The notes under the pieces were generated by a model that was not told the DNA's origin, did not search any database, and saw nothing but the letters and a program-made list of their open reading frames with translations. From Klebsiella pneumoniae (GTDB taxonomy: Bacteria; Pseudomonadota; Gammaproteobacteria; Eutrophobiales; Eutrophobiaceae), in the NCBI GenBank assembly GCA_945870865.1, contig CAMBTO010000001.1:79487-143486 (forward strand): a stretch of 64,000 nucleotides of DNA, written 5' to 3'. Positions 32,142 through 40,590 of this stretch are shown one piece after another. The stretch's first letter is position 1. Every line of letters starts with the position of its first letter. The position numbers and the translations under genes were made by a program.

Positions 32142-33899
32142 TCAGTAACGGGCGTCCGGCTGGGCTGATTGCTGGCTGCTGGGGAATCCGGTCCTTTTCA
32201 TGAAGCCCTGACATGCGGCTGCGCGTGACAGTTTTCCTGAAGAGGTGCGCGGAAGTGTATGTGGAGGCACTAGCTCAACCAGACAATGTACGCCGAATGC
32301 AGTGTATACCAGTCTCTGTAATCGGCTCATCAGGGCCTGACGTTCCTGAACAGCTGTCAGGCGGCATTCTATGACAAGCACAACAGTTGAAACATCGTTT
32401 GCATCAACAACAGCAAACGCCGAGGTCTCGCGCATCCTGATCTCCGGCTGTTGCTCCGCGATTTCTTCAATGTCCTGGGCGCGAATATTACGGCCATTGA
32501 TTATGATAATGTCCTTGTGACGACCGGTCAGATACAGATTGCCCTCAGATACAAAACCGAGATCACCGGTGTCCATCCAGTTGTCAGGCTTCATCACCCG
32601 GCTGGTTGTCTCCGGGTCATTGATATACCCGGACATGATACTGGGCCCTTTCAGCATGACGCGACCCACACGCAGATCCGGTAAAGCCTGGCCCTGACCA
32701 TCGACAATCGAAACAAAGTGACCCGGTAAGGGTCTGCCACAATTGACAAATTCGTTATGTTTTCTACCCTCTGCCTGTACACGCACAGCAACCCCACGTT
32801 CAGCCAGCGCCTCTGTATCTACCTTCATCACGTCCAGGCCTGTTCCCACCCTAGAGAAGGTCACTGCGAGAGAGGCTTCAGCAAGTCCGTAACATGGCAG
32901 GAAAGCCAACGGGTTGAATCCGACTGATTCAAATTTACTGGCGAAATTTTTCAGTACATCAGGCCGGATCATCTCGGCACCAATACCAGCAGCACGCCAG
33001 CTGCTCAGATCCAGACCTTCCAGATCCGCGCTACGCACCCTGAGGGCACACAGTTGCAGACCAAAAGGCGGACAAAATGCGATCGTGCAACGGTTACGAC
33101 TGATTAATCTGAGCCACTGGATCGGACGAACAGCGAAATCGCGGGTACGCAGGAAATCTACTGACAACTGCGAGACCAGTGGGGACAGGACCAGGCCAAT
33201 CAATCCCATATCATGGTAAAACGGCAACCAGGATGCACAGCGATCACTCGGGTATATGGCAAGCCCGTCACGGACGATACCTTGCAGGTTACTCATGATG
33301 GCCAATTCGGTGATGATGACGCCCTGCGGTGCGCGGGTACTACCGGAGGTAAACTGCAGATAGGCTATCTCGTCCCGCCGACTTTTCTGCATCGGCAGAT
33401 CCGATTCGGGAAGCTGCGCCAGCTGTCCCGGCGTACCGGTCCAGCGCACACTGCCTACCTCCCGGCTGGCCTCTTCAAGAAAAGATATAAAGTCCTTGTT
33501 TGCAATTGCCATGCTGGCATTGCTAATGTTGAGCATGGCACCTAACTGCCGAACATATATGTCGTGGCTACCCAGATTGACAGGTATAGGCATGGCAAAT
33601 GGAACCAGACCCGCATAGCGACAGGCAAAAAACAGGATAATAAACTCGGGGGATGTGTCTGCAATAATCGCGATAGTTTCTCCGCGTTTCAGGCCGAGAC
33701 CCAGCAAACGTCTTGCTGTAGAAATCGCGTCCTGGCGCAGTTGCTTGTAGGTAAGCACTTGCCTGAGCACGCCCCGTGCATCATAGAAGTTGTAGCCGGT
33801 CGACCCTGTTGCAGCATAGTCGAGCGCATCCGTCAGTGTCTCGAAGTCCGCCAGTCGCTGTGACAAAAGGTTCAGCGTTCCGGTTGGTTCAAGAACCAC
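32142..33899 (-). CDS. Fatty acyl-AMP ligase / acyl-ACP synthetase
   Basis: YLQFTSGSTRAPQG, WLPFYHDMGL, CYGLAEA, DTGDLG, PRTSSGKLSR. Confidence 0.9.
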   Translation of the reverse strand: MVLEPTGTLNLLSQRLADFETLTDALDYAATGSTGYNFYDARGVLRQVLTYKQLRQDAISTARRLLGLGLKRGETIAIIADTSPEFIILFFACRYAGLVPFAMPIPVNLGSHDIYVRQLGAMLNISNASMAIANKDFISFLEEASREVGSVRWTGTPGQLAQLPESDLPMQKSRRDEIAYLQFTSGSTRAPQGVIITELAIMSNLQGIVRDGLAIYPSDRCASWLPFYHDMGLIGLVLSPLVSQLSVDFLRTRDFAVRPIQWLRLISRNRCTIAFCPPFGLQLCALRVRSADLEGLDLSSWRAAGIGAEMIRPDVLKNFASKFESVGFNPLAFLPCYGLAEASLAVTFSRVGTGLDVMKVDTEALAERGVAVRVQAEGRKHNEFVNCGRPLPGHFVSIVDGQGQALPDLRVGRVMLKGPSIMSGYINDPETTSRVMKPDNWMDTGDLGFVSEGNLYLTGRHKDIIIINGRNIRAQDIEEIAEQQPEIRMRETSAFAVVDANDVSTVVLVIECRLTAVQERQALMSRLQRLVYTAFGVHCLVELVPPHTLPRTSSGKLSRAAACQGFMKRTGFPSSQQSAQPDARY

Positions 33900-34334
33900 A
33901 GATGTTTCGCTTAAAAGCTGACCACCTTCAGTATCTGCTGAAAGCGTCTCTAATTTACTTATTTCTGATATCAGAGTTAATACTCCTCATAGAAATGCGT
34001 TCTATCCCGCTGATAATATAAAGGATTTATATACAAATTTCCAGTATTTCTTCGTTTAGCCTCTCATCCACGCAACAAAGAGACATTTTGAGTACAACGC
34101 CATTTTTTCAAAAAGGCGGAGTTTAAAGTATTCTGCATATCTGATGCTAGTATTATTTAACAGCTAGATTACAACCCACGGCAATTTGCGGGCTACTGGC
34201 TACCACACCTGCTGATATCACCAACTGGCAATTGTCTTGTATCTAGCGTGTTATCCCCCCTGTTTTCGCGGGTTGATATGAATAATTATGTTACTCTTGA
34301 CGTCATTTTTCATCCTCTGGACTGCATCTTGAAT

Positions 34335-35492
34335 ATGGGTCTGACAGCTAGAAAACAAACAACCTCGACGTCAGTAGACGTCAGGCCAGTGCTGACGGGA
34401 AGAGACTGGCGGACTTTCATCAATTTACCCTGGTATATCTATCAGGACGACGCCAACTGGGTACCACCACTACGACTTGAACGTCGCCTGCATTTTTCGA
34501 GGATGAACCCATACTTCAGAAATGCTGAGTGGCAAGCCTGGATAGCCTACAAGGACAACAGGCCGGTCGGCAGGATCAGCGCCCAGGTTGATAGGGTTAA
34601 CCGTCAATATCATGGAGAACATACCGGTCATTTTGGTCTGCTAGAGGGCATTAATGACCCTGCCGTGTTCGCCGCCTTGACCCAAACCAGTGAAGAATGG
34701 CTGTCTCAGCGTCAGACTCACCATATTTCCGGCCCATTCAGCTTTTCCATTAACCAGGAGTGCGGGGTGCTGGTTGACGGTTTTGATACTCCGCCGGTCA
34801 TACTTATGCCCCACTCGCGCCAGTGGTACGGGCTGATGCTGGAACAACAGGGTTACACACCGGCAATGGACATGCTCGCCTACTGGATTGAAACCGGATT
34901 TGAAGCATCTCGCGTTATGAAAACACTGGTGGCAAGGTTTGACAAACGTATACATCTGCGTCATTTGCGCCGCAAACAGTACTCAGAGGAGATGGAAATC
35001 CTGCGTGATATTTTTAACGACGCCTGGTCAGGTAACTGGGGATTTATCCCGTTCAGCAAGGAGGAGTTTGCTGATCTTGGTAACAGTCTGCGATTTTTTA
35101 TTGCGGACGACTTTGTGCAGATAGCTGAACTCGATGGCAATCCGGTCGCGTTTGTCGTGGTACTGCCCAACCTTAACGAGATGCTCACCCGGCTGGACGG
35201 CAGCTTGTTTCCATTGGGATGGTACCGCTTGTACCGCGCGATGAGACAGAAAAGCTTCCGTACCGGCCGCGTACCGCTGATGGGAGTACGTAAACAGTAC
35301 CAGAACAGCTCGCTGGGGCTGACCCTGGCACTGATGGTCTGTAATGCTGCACGGGTCTGTGCACGGGCGACAGGAATTGAAGCGGTTGAAATGTCGTGGA
35401 TACTCGAAAACAACCGGGGCATGCGCAGCATACTCGATAATATTGGCAGCAAGGAGTACAAACGTTTCCGCATTTATGAAAAGTCTCTGTAA
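34335..35492 (+). CDS. bcerS: GNAT-fold N-acyltransferase, bacterial ceramide synthase-like (YghO family)
   Basis: WVPPL, VGRISAQ, GPFSFSINQECGVLVDGFDTPP, IFNDAWSGNWGF, EMSWILENN; divergent from the spt operon; ATG at 34335 preferred. Confidence 0.8.
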   Translation: MGLTARKQTTSTSVDVRPVLTGRDWRTFINLPWYIYQDDANWVPPLRLERRLHFSRMNPYFRNAEWQAWIAYKDNRPVGRISAQVDRVNRQYHGEHTGHFGLLEGINDPAVFAALTQTSEEWLSQRQTHHISGPFSFSINQECGVLVDGFDTPPVILMPHSRQWYGLMLEQQGYTPAMDMLAYWIETGFEASRVMKTLVARFDKRIHLRHLRRKQYSEEMEILRDIFNDAWSGNWGFIPFSKEEFADLGNSLRFFIADDFVQIAELDGNPVAFVVVLPNLNEMLTRLDGSLFPLGWYRLYRAMRQKSFRTGRVPLMGVRKQYQNSSLGLTLALMVCNAARVCARATGIEAVEMSWILENNRGMRSILDNIGSKEYKRFRIYEKSL

Positions 35493-35570
35493 CTCTACTG
35501 GCCCTGAGTTCGACAGGCTTGTGTCAGTCAACAATGATGTTCAAGTCTGTCACCTGGAAATCTGTCTGCC

Positions 35571-36653
35571 GTGAAAACACTGGGGCGATACATTAGTATA
35601 GAGATCTTCCGACCATTTGTGGTTATCAGCCTGATTCTTGCCGGATTGTTTTCCAGCTTTAATGCCGCGCGTTATCTTGAGACGGCCGTAACAGAATCAC
35701 TGGGAATGTCTCTGATCTTCAAACTGATAATGCTTAAAACCGTCATTGCCATGGAGGTACTGTTTCCGATCGCGTTCTACGCAGCCATTATCGTGGCACT
35801 TGGCCGTATGCATAGGGACCAGGAAATTATCGTAATGAAGTCGGCCGGTATAAATGAAACCTTCCTCATTAAAACTGTTATCACACTGGGTATACCAGTC
35901 GCAATCATGACAGGCATGTTGTCAATGTACGGCAGGCCATTGGCATACGACACTATCTACAGAATGGACAATAACGCCAGTAACGAGCTGGATGTGGATC
36001 GTTACCAGGCAGGACGGTTCTACGGTATCGAAAACAGTGGTCGTATCATCTATATCAACAGCAGAAACAACCGTGACCACATGCTTGAAGGCGTATTTCA
36101 CTACATCCGTCAGGACAACCGTAGTGATATTATCCTTGCCCGACAGGGCTACCAGGTCCGGAAAGGGCAATATCAACCACCGGAACTGCACCTGCTTGAT
36201 GGCAGCCTGTACCGTATCGTTCCTGGCGGCTCACGTGAATCAATAATCCATTTTTCCAGGTTTGTTTTCATTCCGGATGCAGACATAGCGATTGACTATC
36301 AGCGCAAGGCGGCACCAACACTGGACCTCGGGGACTCTGTCGACAGCCGCGACATTGCTGAATTCCAGTGGCGAATCTCCAGACCGTTCGCCACGATGTT
36401 ACTGGCGCTGGTAGCGATACCGCTAAGCCGAACCGCCCCGCGACAGGGCAAGGGAGAAAAGGCGGTCTCTGCTGCTGTAATTTTTGCCCTCTACTACAAC
36501 CTGAGTGGTCTGGCCCAGACCTGGGTCGAGCAGGGTACTGTTGGCAGCGTGCCCGGTGTATGGTGGCTGCATATGAGCATGCTTGTTTTTGTGATATGGG
36601 TACTTGCACCCGGATTTTCCAGAAAACCTGCCGGTGCACATGTACATACTTGA
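35571..36653 (+). CDS. LptF-like ABC permease (YjgP/YjgQ family)
   Basis: LGRYISIE, LGRMHRDQEIIVMKSAG, AEFQWRISRP. Confidence 0.88.
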   Translation: MKTLGRYISIEIFRPFVVISLILAGLFSSFNAARYLETAVTESLGMSLIFKLIMLKTVIAMEVLFPIAFYAAIIVALGRMHRDQEIIVMKSAGINETFLIKTVITLGIPVAIMTGMLSMYGRPLAYDTIYRMDNNASNELDVDRYQAGRFYGIENSGRIIYINSRNNRDHMLEGVFHYIRQDNRSDIILARQGYQVRKGQYQPPELHLLDGSLYRIVPGGSRESIIHFSRFVFIPDADIAIDYQRKAAPTLDLGDSVDSRDIAEFQWRISRPFATMLLALVAIPLSRTAPRQGKGEKAVSAAVIFALYYNLSGLAQTWVEQGTVGSVPGVWWLHMSMLVFVIWVLAPGFSRKPAGAHVHT

Positions 36654-37704
36654 TCGATATCTGATGAAGCAGGTTGCGCAAGGGATTGTTATCTCTACGC
36701 TGGTATTACTGCCCCTGTTCAGCTTTCTGGATCTGGTCGACCAGCTGGATGATGTGGGCACCGGCTTTTACCGCACCAGTGATGCATTCCTGTATGTTGT
36801 CATGACTCTGCCGCGCAGGTTTATCCAGCTGACCCCGTTTATTGCATTGCTTGGAAATGTGACGGCACTCGGCAGACTTGCGATTAACCATGAGCTGATC
36901 TCCCTGCGTTCAGCCGGATATTCTCCGGTACAGATCAGCATGGCATCTTTGAAGGTGGGACTCGTGCTGCTGGCGCTGATTTTTACACTTGAAATATATA
37001 TTGCGCCCCCGCTGCAACAAAAGGCCATTGCCCATCGTGCGGCGGCGATGGAACAAAGCGCCGAACTTGGAAAAAATCTGGGTATCTGGACCCGGAATGA
37101 CCGGCAGATCCTGCGCATAGGCAATTTGCAGCATGATACCAGACAGGCAAGTGTTGAAATTATCAATCTTGATGAACAGGGAAACATGTCTGAATATTTA
37201 CATGCTGAAGGTTTCGAGATCGCCAGCAATGAAGAATGGATATTGCACCAGGTAACGCGCAAGATATATACTGAGGACAACATCCGGTCGACCACGATGG
37301 ATCGATTGCCCTGGAATACCTTTCTGAATCCCGCCCAGATATCAACACTGACCAAACCACAGGAAAGCCTGTCTCCGGTCGAACTTTTCCGCTATGTCCA
37401 GCATTTACAGTCAACCGGGCAGGAAGTCGATGTATACCAGCTGTCGCTGTGGAAAAAACTGGGCGGACCACTAACGATGCTGGGGATGTTGTTGTTATCG
37501 GTACCGTTCGTGTTTGGTTCGGTTCGTACAGGTTTTGCGAACCGGCTGGTAATGGCGGGCGTTACCGGAATAACCGTCTATCTGCTCGACCAGATCTTTT
37601 CCAACACCGGGCTGATATTGAATCTGAATCCTTCGTTTATCGCGTTGACGCCTGGCATACTTTTGATCTGGATAGCACGGGTCTGGTTACGGCGTGTCCC
37701 CTGA
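36640..37704 (+). CDS. LptG-like ABC permease (YjgP/YjgQ family)
   Basis: MYILDRYL, LAINHELISLRSAG, LSVPFVFGSVRTG. Confidence 0.88.
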   Translation: MYILDRYLMKQVAQGIVISTLVLLPLFSFLDLVDQLDDVGTGFYRTSDAFLYVVMTLPRRFIQLTPFIALLGNVTALGRLAINHELISLRSAGYSPVQISMASLKVGLVLLALIFTLEIYIAPPLQQKAIAHRAAAMEQSAELGKNLGIWTRNDRQILRIGNLQHDTRQASVEIINLDEQGNMSEYLHAEGFEIASNEEWILHQVTRKIYTEDNIRSTTMDRLPWNTFLNPAQISTLTKPQESLSPVELFRYVQHLQSTGQEVDVYQLSLWKKLGGPLTMLGMLLLSVPFVFGSVRTGFANRLVMAGVTGITVYLLDQIFSNTGLILNLNPSFIALTPGILLIWIARVWLRRVP

Positions 37705-37736
37705 TTATTTTCATGTCTGAATAACTGAACCCTTTT

Positions 37737-38720
37737 ATGTACATATCAGCTGCTGACAAGTTATACCCACAAAATACGGCCATTTTACTGAACCCGCATG
37801 GCGGCAGGATACGCAAACGCCTGGGTCGCATACGCGAGCTCGCAGCGGCAATACCCGGTGCAATCGTGTGCGAAACAGACAATCTCGCAGACATGAACAG
37901 GACCCTTGATGAGCTGGCAGAACGCGGCGTGGGTCATCTGGTGATCGCCGGTGGTGATGGAACGGTGCAGGCCGTGCTGAACCGCCTGTTCACCGGCAAA
38001 CTCTGGTCCCGCCTGCCACTGGTCAGTATAGTCCCTGGTGGAACAACGAATATGACAGCATCTGATCTTGGTACATCCAGCAACCCTGAAAAGTGTCTGC
38101 AACAACTGGGCAGATGCCTGCAGAACGCAATGGATGTCAGGCTGGTAACGCGATCTGTTTTGAAAATCCGGCAGAATCAACAGCCGGATATTCATGGCAT
38201 GTTTTTCGGTGCCGGTTTGATAGCGCACGGTTCTGCATATTTTCACAAGCATATAAAAAAGTCCGGGCTAACCGGTGAGTCCGGTTCTGCTTTTGTGATG
38301 CTGCGTATGCTGTCAGGACTGCTGACTGGCCGCAATGCAGACGAGCGTGCCCAAATCCGGATCCAGATAACGGATGACACCGGTCACACCAGGGTATGCA
38401 ACTCTATGTTGCTGTTTACCAGCACGCTGGATCGCTTGCTGCTCGGGCTACGTCCGTATTGGGGTGGTGGTAATGGAGCTATCCATACTACCTGCCTGCG
38501 CGAGCATCCTCTCCGGTTGTGGCGATCGTTACTGACCATCGTTTGTGGTCGTGGCAACTCCCTGGACGAAAATAACGGTTATTACAGCAGAAATAACAGT
38601 GCAATTGAGCTGCTTATGGACGCCAGCTTTATTGTTGATGGTGAGTTTTTTGTTTGCGAAAGCAGGCATGGTCCGCTCAGGATTAGCCAGGCTGGCCCGG
38701 TCCGCTTTTTACTCCCCTGA
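37737..38720 (+). CDS. Diacylglycerol/sphingosine kinase family protein (CpgB-like ceramide kinase)
   Basis: LLNPHGG, AGGDGT, PGGTTNM, FIVDGE motifs; lies in the sphingolipid operon. Confidence 0.8.
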   Translation: MYISAADKLYPQNTAILLNPHGGRIRKRLGRIRELAAAIPGAIVCETDNLADMNRTLDELAERGVGHLVIAGGDGTVQAVLNRLFTGKLWSRLPLVSIVPGGTTNMTASDLGTSSNPEKCLQQLGRCLQNAMDVRLVTRSVLKIRQNQQPDIHGMFFGAGLIAHGSAYFHKHIKKSGLTGESGSAFVMLRMLSGLLTGRNADERAQIRIQITDDTGHTRVCNSMLLFTSTLDRLLLGLRPYWGGGNGAIHTTCLREHPLRLWRSLLTIVCGRGNSLDENNGYYSRNNSAIELLMDASFIVDGEFFVCESRHGPLRISQAGPVRFLLP

Positions 38721-38746
38721 AATCCTCATGAGTATCATTCCGTAAC

Positions 38747-39706
38747 ATGCCCACTACTGACACCCGGTTACCACTAGGACTGATTAACGCGATTGCCCTC
38801 CAGTGTGAGCGTCCAGCAGGCATTGAAGCCGCGCTGCTTGCAAACAACATCCGGCAACGATTTGGGGATTCACTGCTTGCCGTCATTCTCTATGGTTCCT
38901 GCCTGCGTACGCATCTTTATACCGAGGGTGTGGTTGATTTATATGTGGTCGTTAACAGTTATCAGCAGGCCTACAGCGGTCATACGCTGCGTTATTTGAA
39001 TGCGGCCTTACCTCCGAATGTTTTTTATATCGAGATTAACAACAATGAAACTATCATCCGCGCAAAATACGCTGTCATTTCAGCACGTGACCTGGAGCGG
39101 GGCTGTGGCCAATGGTTCCACTCCTATATCTGGTCACGCTTTGCCCAGCCCGTCGTCCTGTTGTATGTACGCGATCCACTGACGCGTGAGCATATTTATA
39201 AAAATCTGGCCTGCGCGGTATTGACCTTACTCAGCACCACGCTACCTGCGCTCGGACCAGGCAAGGTGGACCATGCTGCAATCTGGCAGAACGGATTGGC
39301 CCTGACCTATGCAGCGGAATTGCGCCCTGAACGCCACACAAGGGCACGTGATATCACAGCGCAAAATCTGGATGACTTTGGCATCCTGATCAGAAAGGCG
39401 GCACCAGCGCTTGTTACACTGATGTTTACTGATGAAGACGACCTTTATGAAAGGCTTAGCGGGCAGACCGAAAGATCGCGGGCGACCAGATTATGGCGGA
39501 TTCGACGCTGGCAAGGATTTTTACTTTCAGTATTACGCTTGTCAAAAGCGGCCTATACCTTTCGTGACTGCGTGGATTATGCCGCCTGGAAGATCGAACG
39601 TCATACGGGTATACGCATCCACGTGACCCCGACCCTGCAACGACACCCTATCCTGTTCGGCTTTAGTGTATTATGGCAACTGATTAAAAGGGACGTACTA
39701 CACTAG
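38747..39706 (+). CDS. Tam41/CpgC-like nucleotidyltransferase-fold protein
   Basis: ILYGSCLR...VVDLYVVV, LPPNVFY, IWSRFAQP, ELRPE, DYAAWKIERH; follows the lipid kinase. Confidence 0.6.
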   Translation: MPTTDTRLPLGLINAIALQCERPAGIEAALLANNIRQRFGDSLLAVILYGSCLRTHLYTEGVVDLYVVVNSYQQAYSGHTLRYLNAALPPNVFYIEINNNETIIRAKYAVISARDLERGCGQWFHSYIWSRFAQPVVLLYVRDPLTREHIYKNLACAVLTLLSTTLPALGPGKVDHAAIWQNGLALTYAAELRPERHTRARDITAQNLDDFGILIRKAAPALVTLMFTDEDDLYERLSGQTERSRATRLWRIRRWQGFLLSVLRLSKAAYTFRDCVDYAAWKIERHTGIRIHVTPTLQRHPILFGFSVLWQLIKRDVLH

Positions 39707-39746
39707 ATCCCGGCGCTTAGTTGAACACAGGAAACGCGAGCAGACC

Positions 39747-40517
39747 ATGTCGGAAACAGAGTTGAAACAATCAGACCTAACACAGCCCCCGCGTCGTAGA
39801 CGCAACCGACCCAGTGTGGCCATCGGCAAGTGGGTACTCCAGCATATCGAACGTGCGTTGATCCGTTATTCCATTGTCGCTGACGTTCCAATATTTGATG
39901 CGCACCAGTTTGCCTGGACAGCCCCGCTGGAAGCAGACTGGAAAAAAGTACGCCAGGAACTTGATATGATCCTGAAAAGCCAGGTCAAACTGCCAAACTT
40001 TCAGGACATTTCAAAAGACCAGACCAACATTACCCAGGATGACCGCTGGAAAACCTTTTTCCTGTACGGCTATGGCTACAAGATGCCGAGCAATTGCGAT
40101 CTGTGTCCGGAGACAACCCGTATTATCGAGTCTGTCCCCGGCATGTTGACCGGTTTTTTTTCGGTACTGGCGCCGGGCAAACACATACCTCCACATCGCG
40201 GGCCCTATAAAGGTCTGTTACGCTGCCATCTTGCCTTGCAGGTACCGGAGCCAGCGGATCAGTGCTGGATTAAGGTAGGTGATATGTCTGCCAACTGGCA
40301 AGAAGGGCACTGTCTAGTATTTGATGATACCTATGTACATCAGGTCCAGAATAATACGGAGGGTACTCGTGTTGTTCTGTTTCTGGATATAATCCGGCCT
40401 ATGCGTTTCCCCGGGTCCTTACTGAACAGGATCGTTATCTGTTTGATACGTATGTCTCCGTTTATACAGGACGCGATCCGCAACCAGCGAGCCTGGGAAT
40501 ACAGGATTGGTACCTGA
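39747..40517 (+). CDS. Aspartyl/asparaginyl beta-hydroxylase domain (LpxO-like) Fe(II)/2OG dioxygenase
   Basis: WKTFFLYGYG, CPETTR, HIPPHRGPYKGLLRCHL, FDDTYVH, RVVLFLDIIRP. Confidence 0.85.
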   Translation: MSETELKQSDLTQPPRRRRNRPSVAIGKWVLQHIERALIRYSIVADVPIFDAHQFAWTAPLEADWKKVRQELDMILKSQVKLPNFQDISKDQTNITQDDRWKTFFLYGYGYKMPSNCDLCPETTRIIESVPGMLTGFFSVLAPGKHIPPHRGPYKGLLRCHLALQVPEPADQCWIKVGDMSANWQEGHCLVFDDTYVHQVQNNTEGTRVVLFLDIIRPMRFPGSLLNRIVICLIRMSPFIQDAIRNQRAWEYRIGT

Positions 40518-40590
40518 ATGTGTTACCCGAATCAGGTGGTAGCTTCTGAACCAGCAGTAGATTCCTGGAAACGATTTTAAATAACGGGAT

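Noticed and set aside
29766..33899. FAAL plus ACP as the start of a PKS/NRPS lipopeptide cluster
   Set aside because: No ketosynthase or condensation domain genes in the window
34225..34241. Sigma-54-like CTGGCAATTGTCTTGTA upstream of bcerS
   Set aside because: The -12 element is GT rather than GC and no activator gene is nearby
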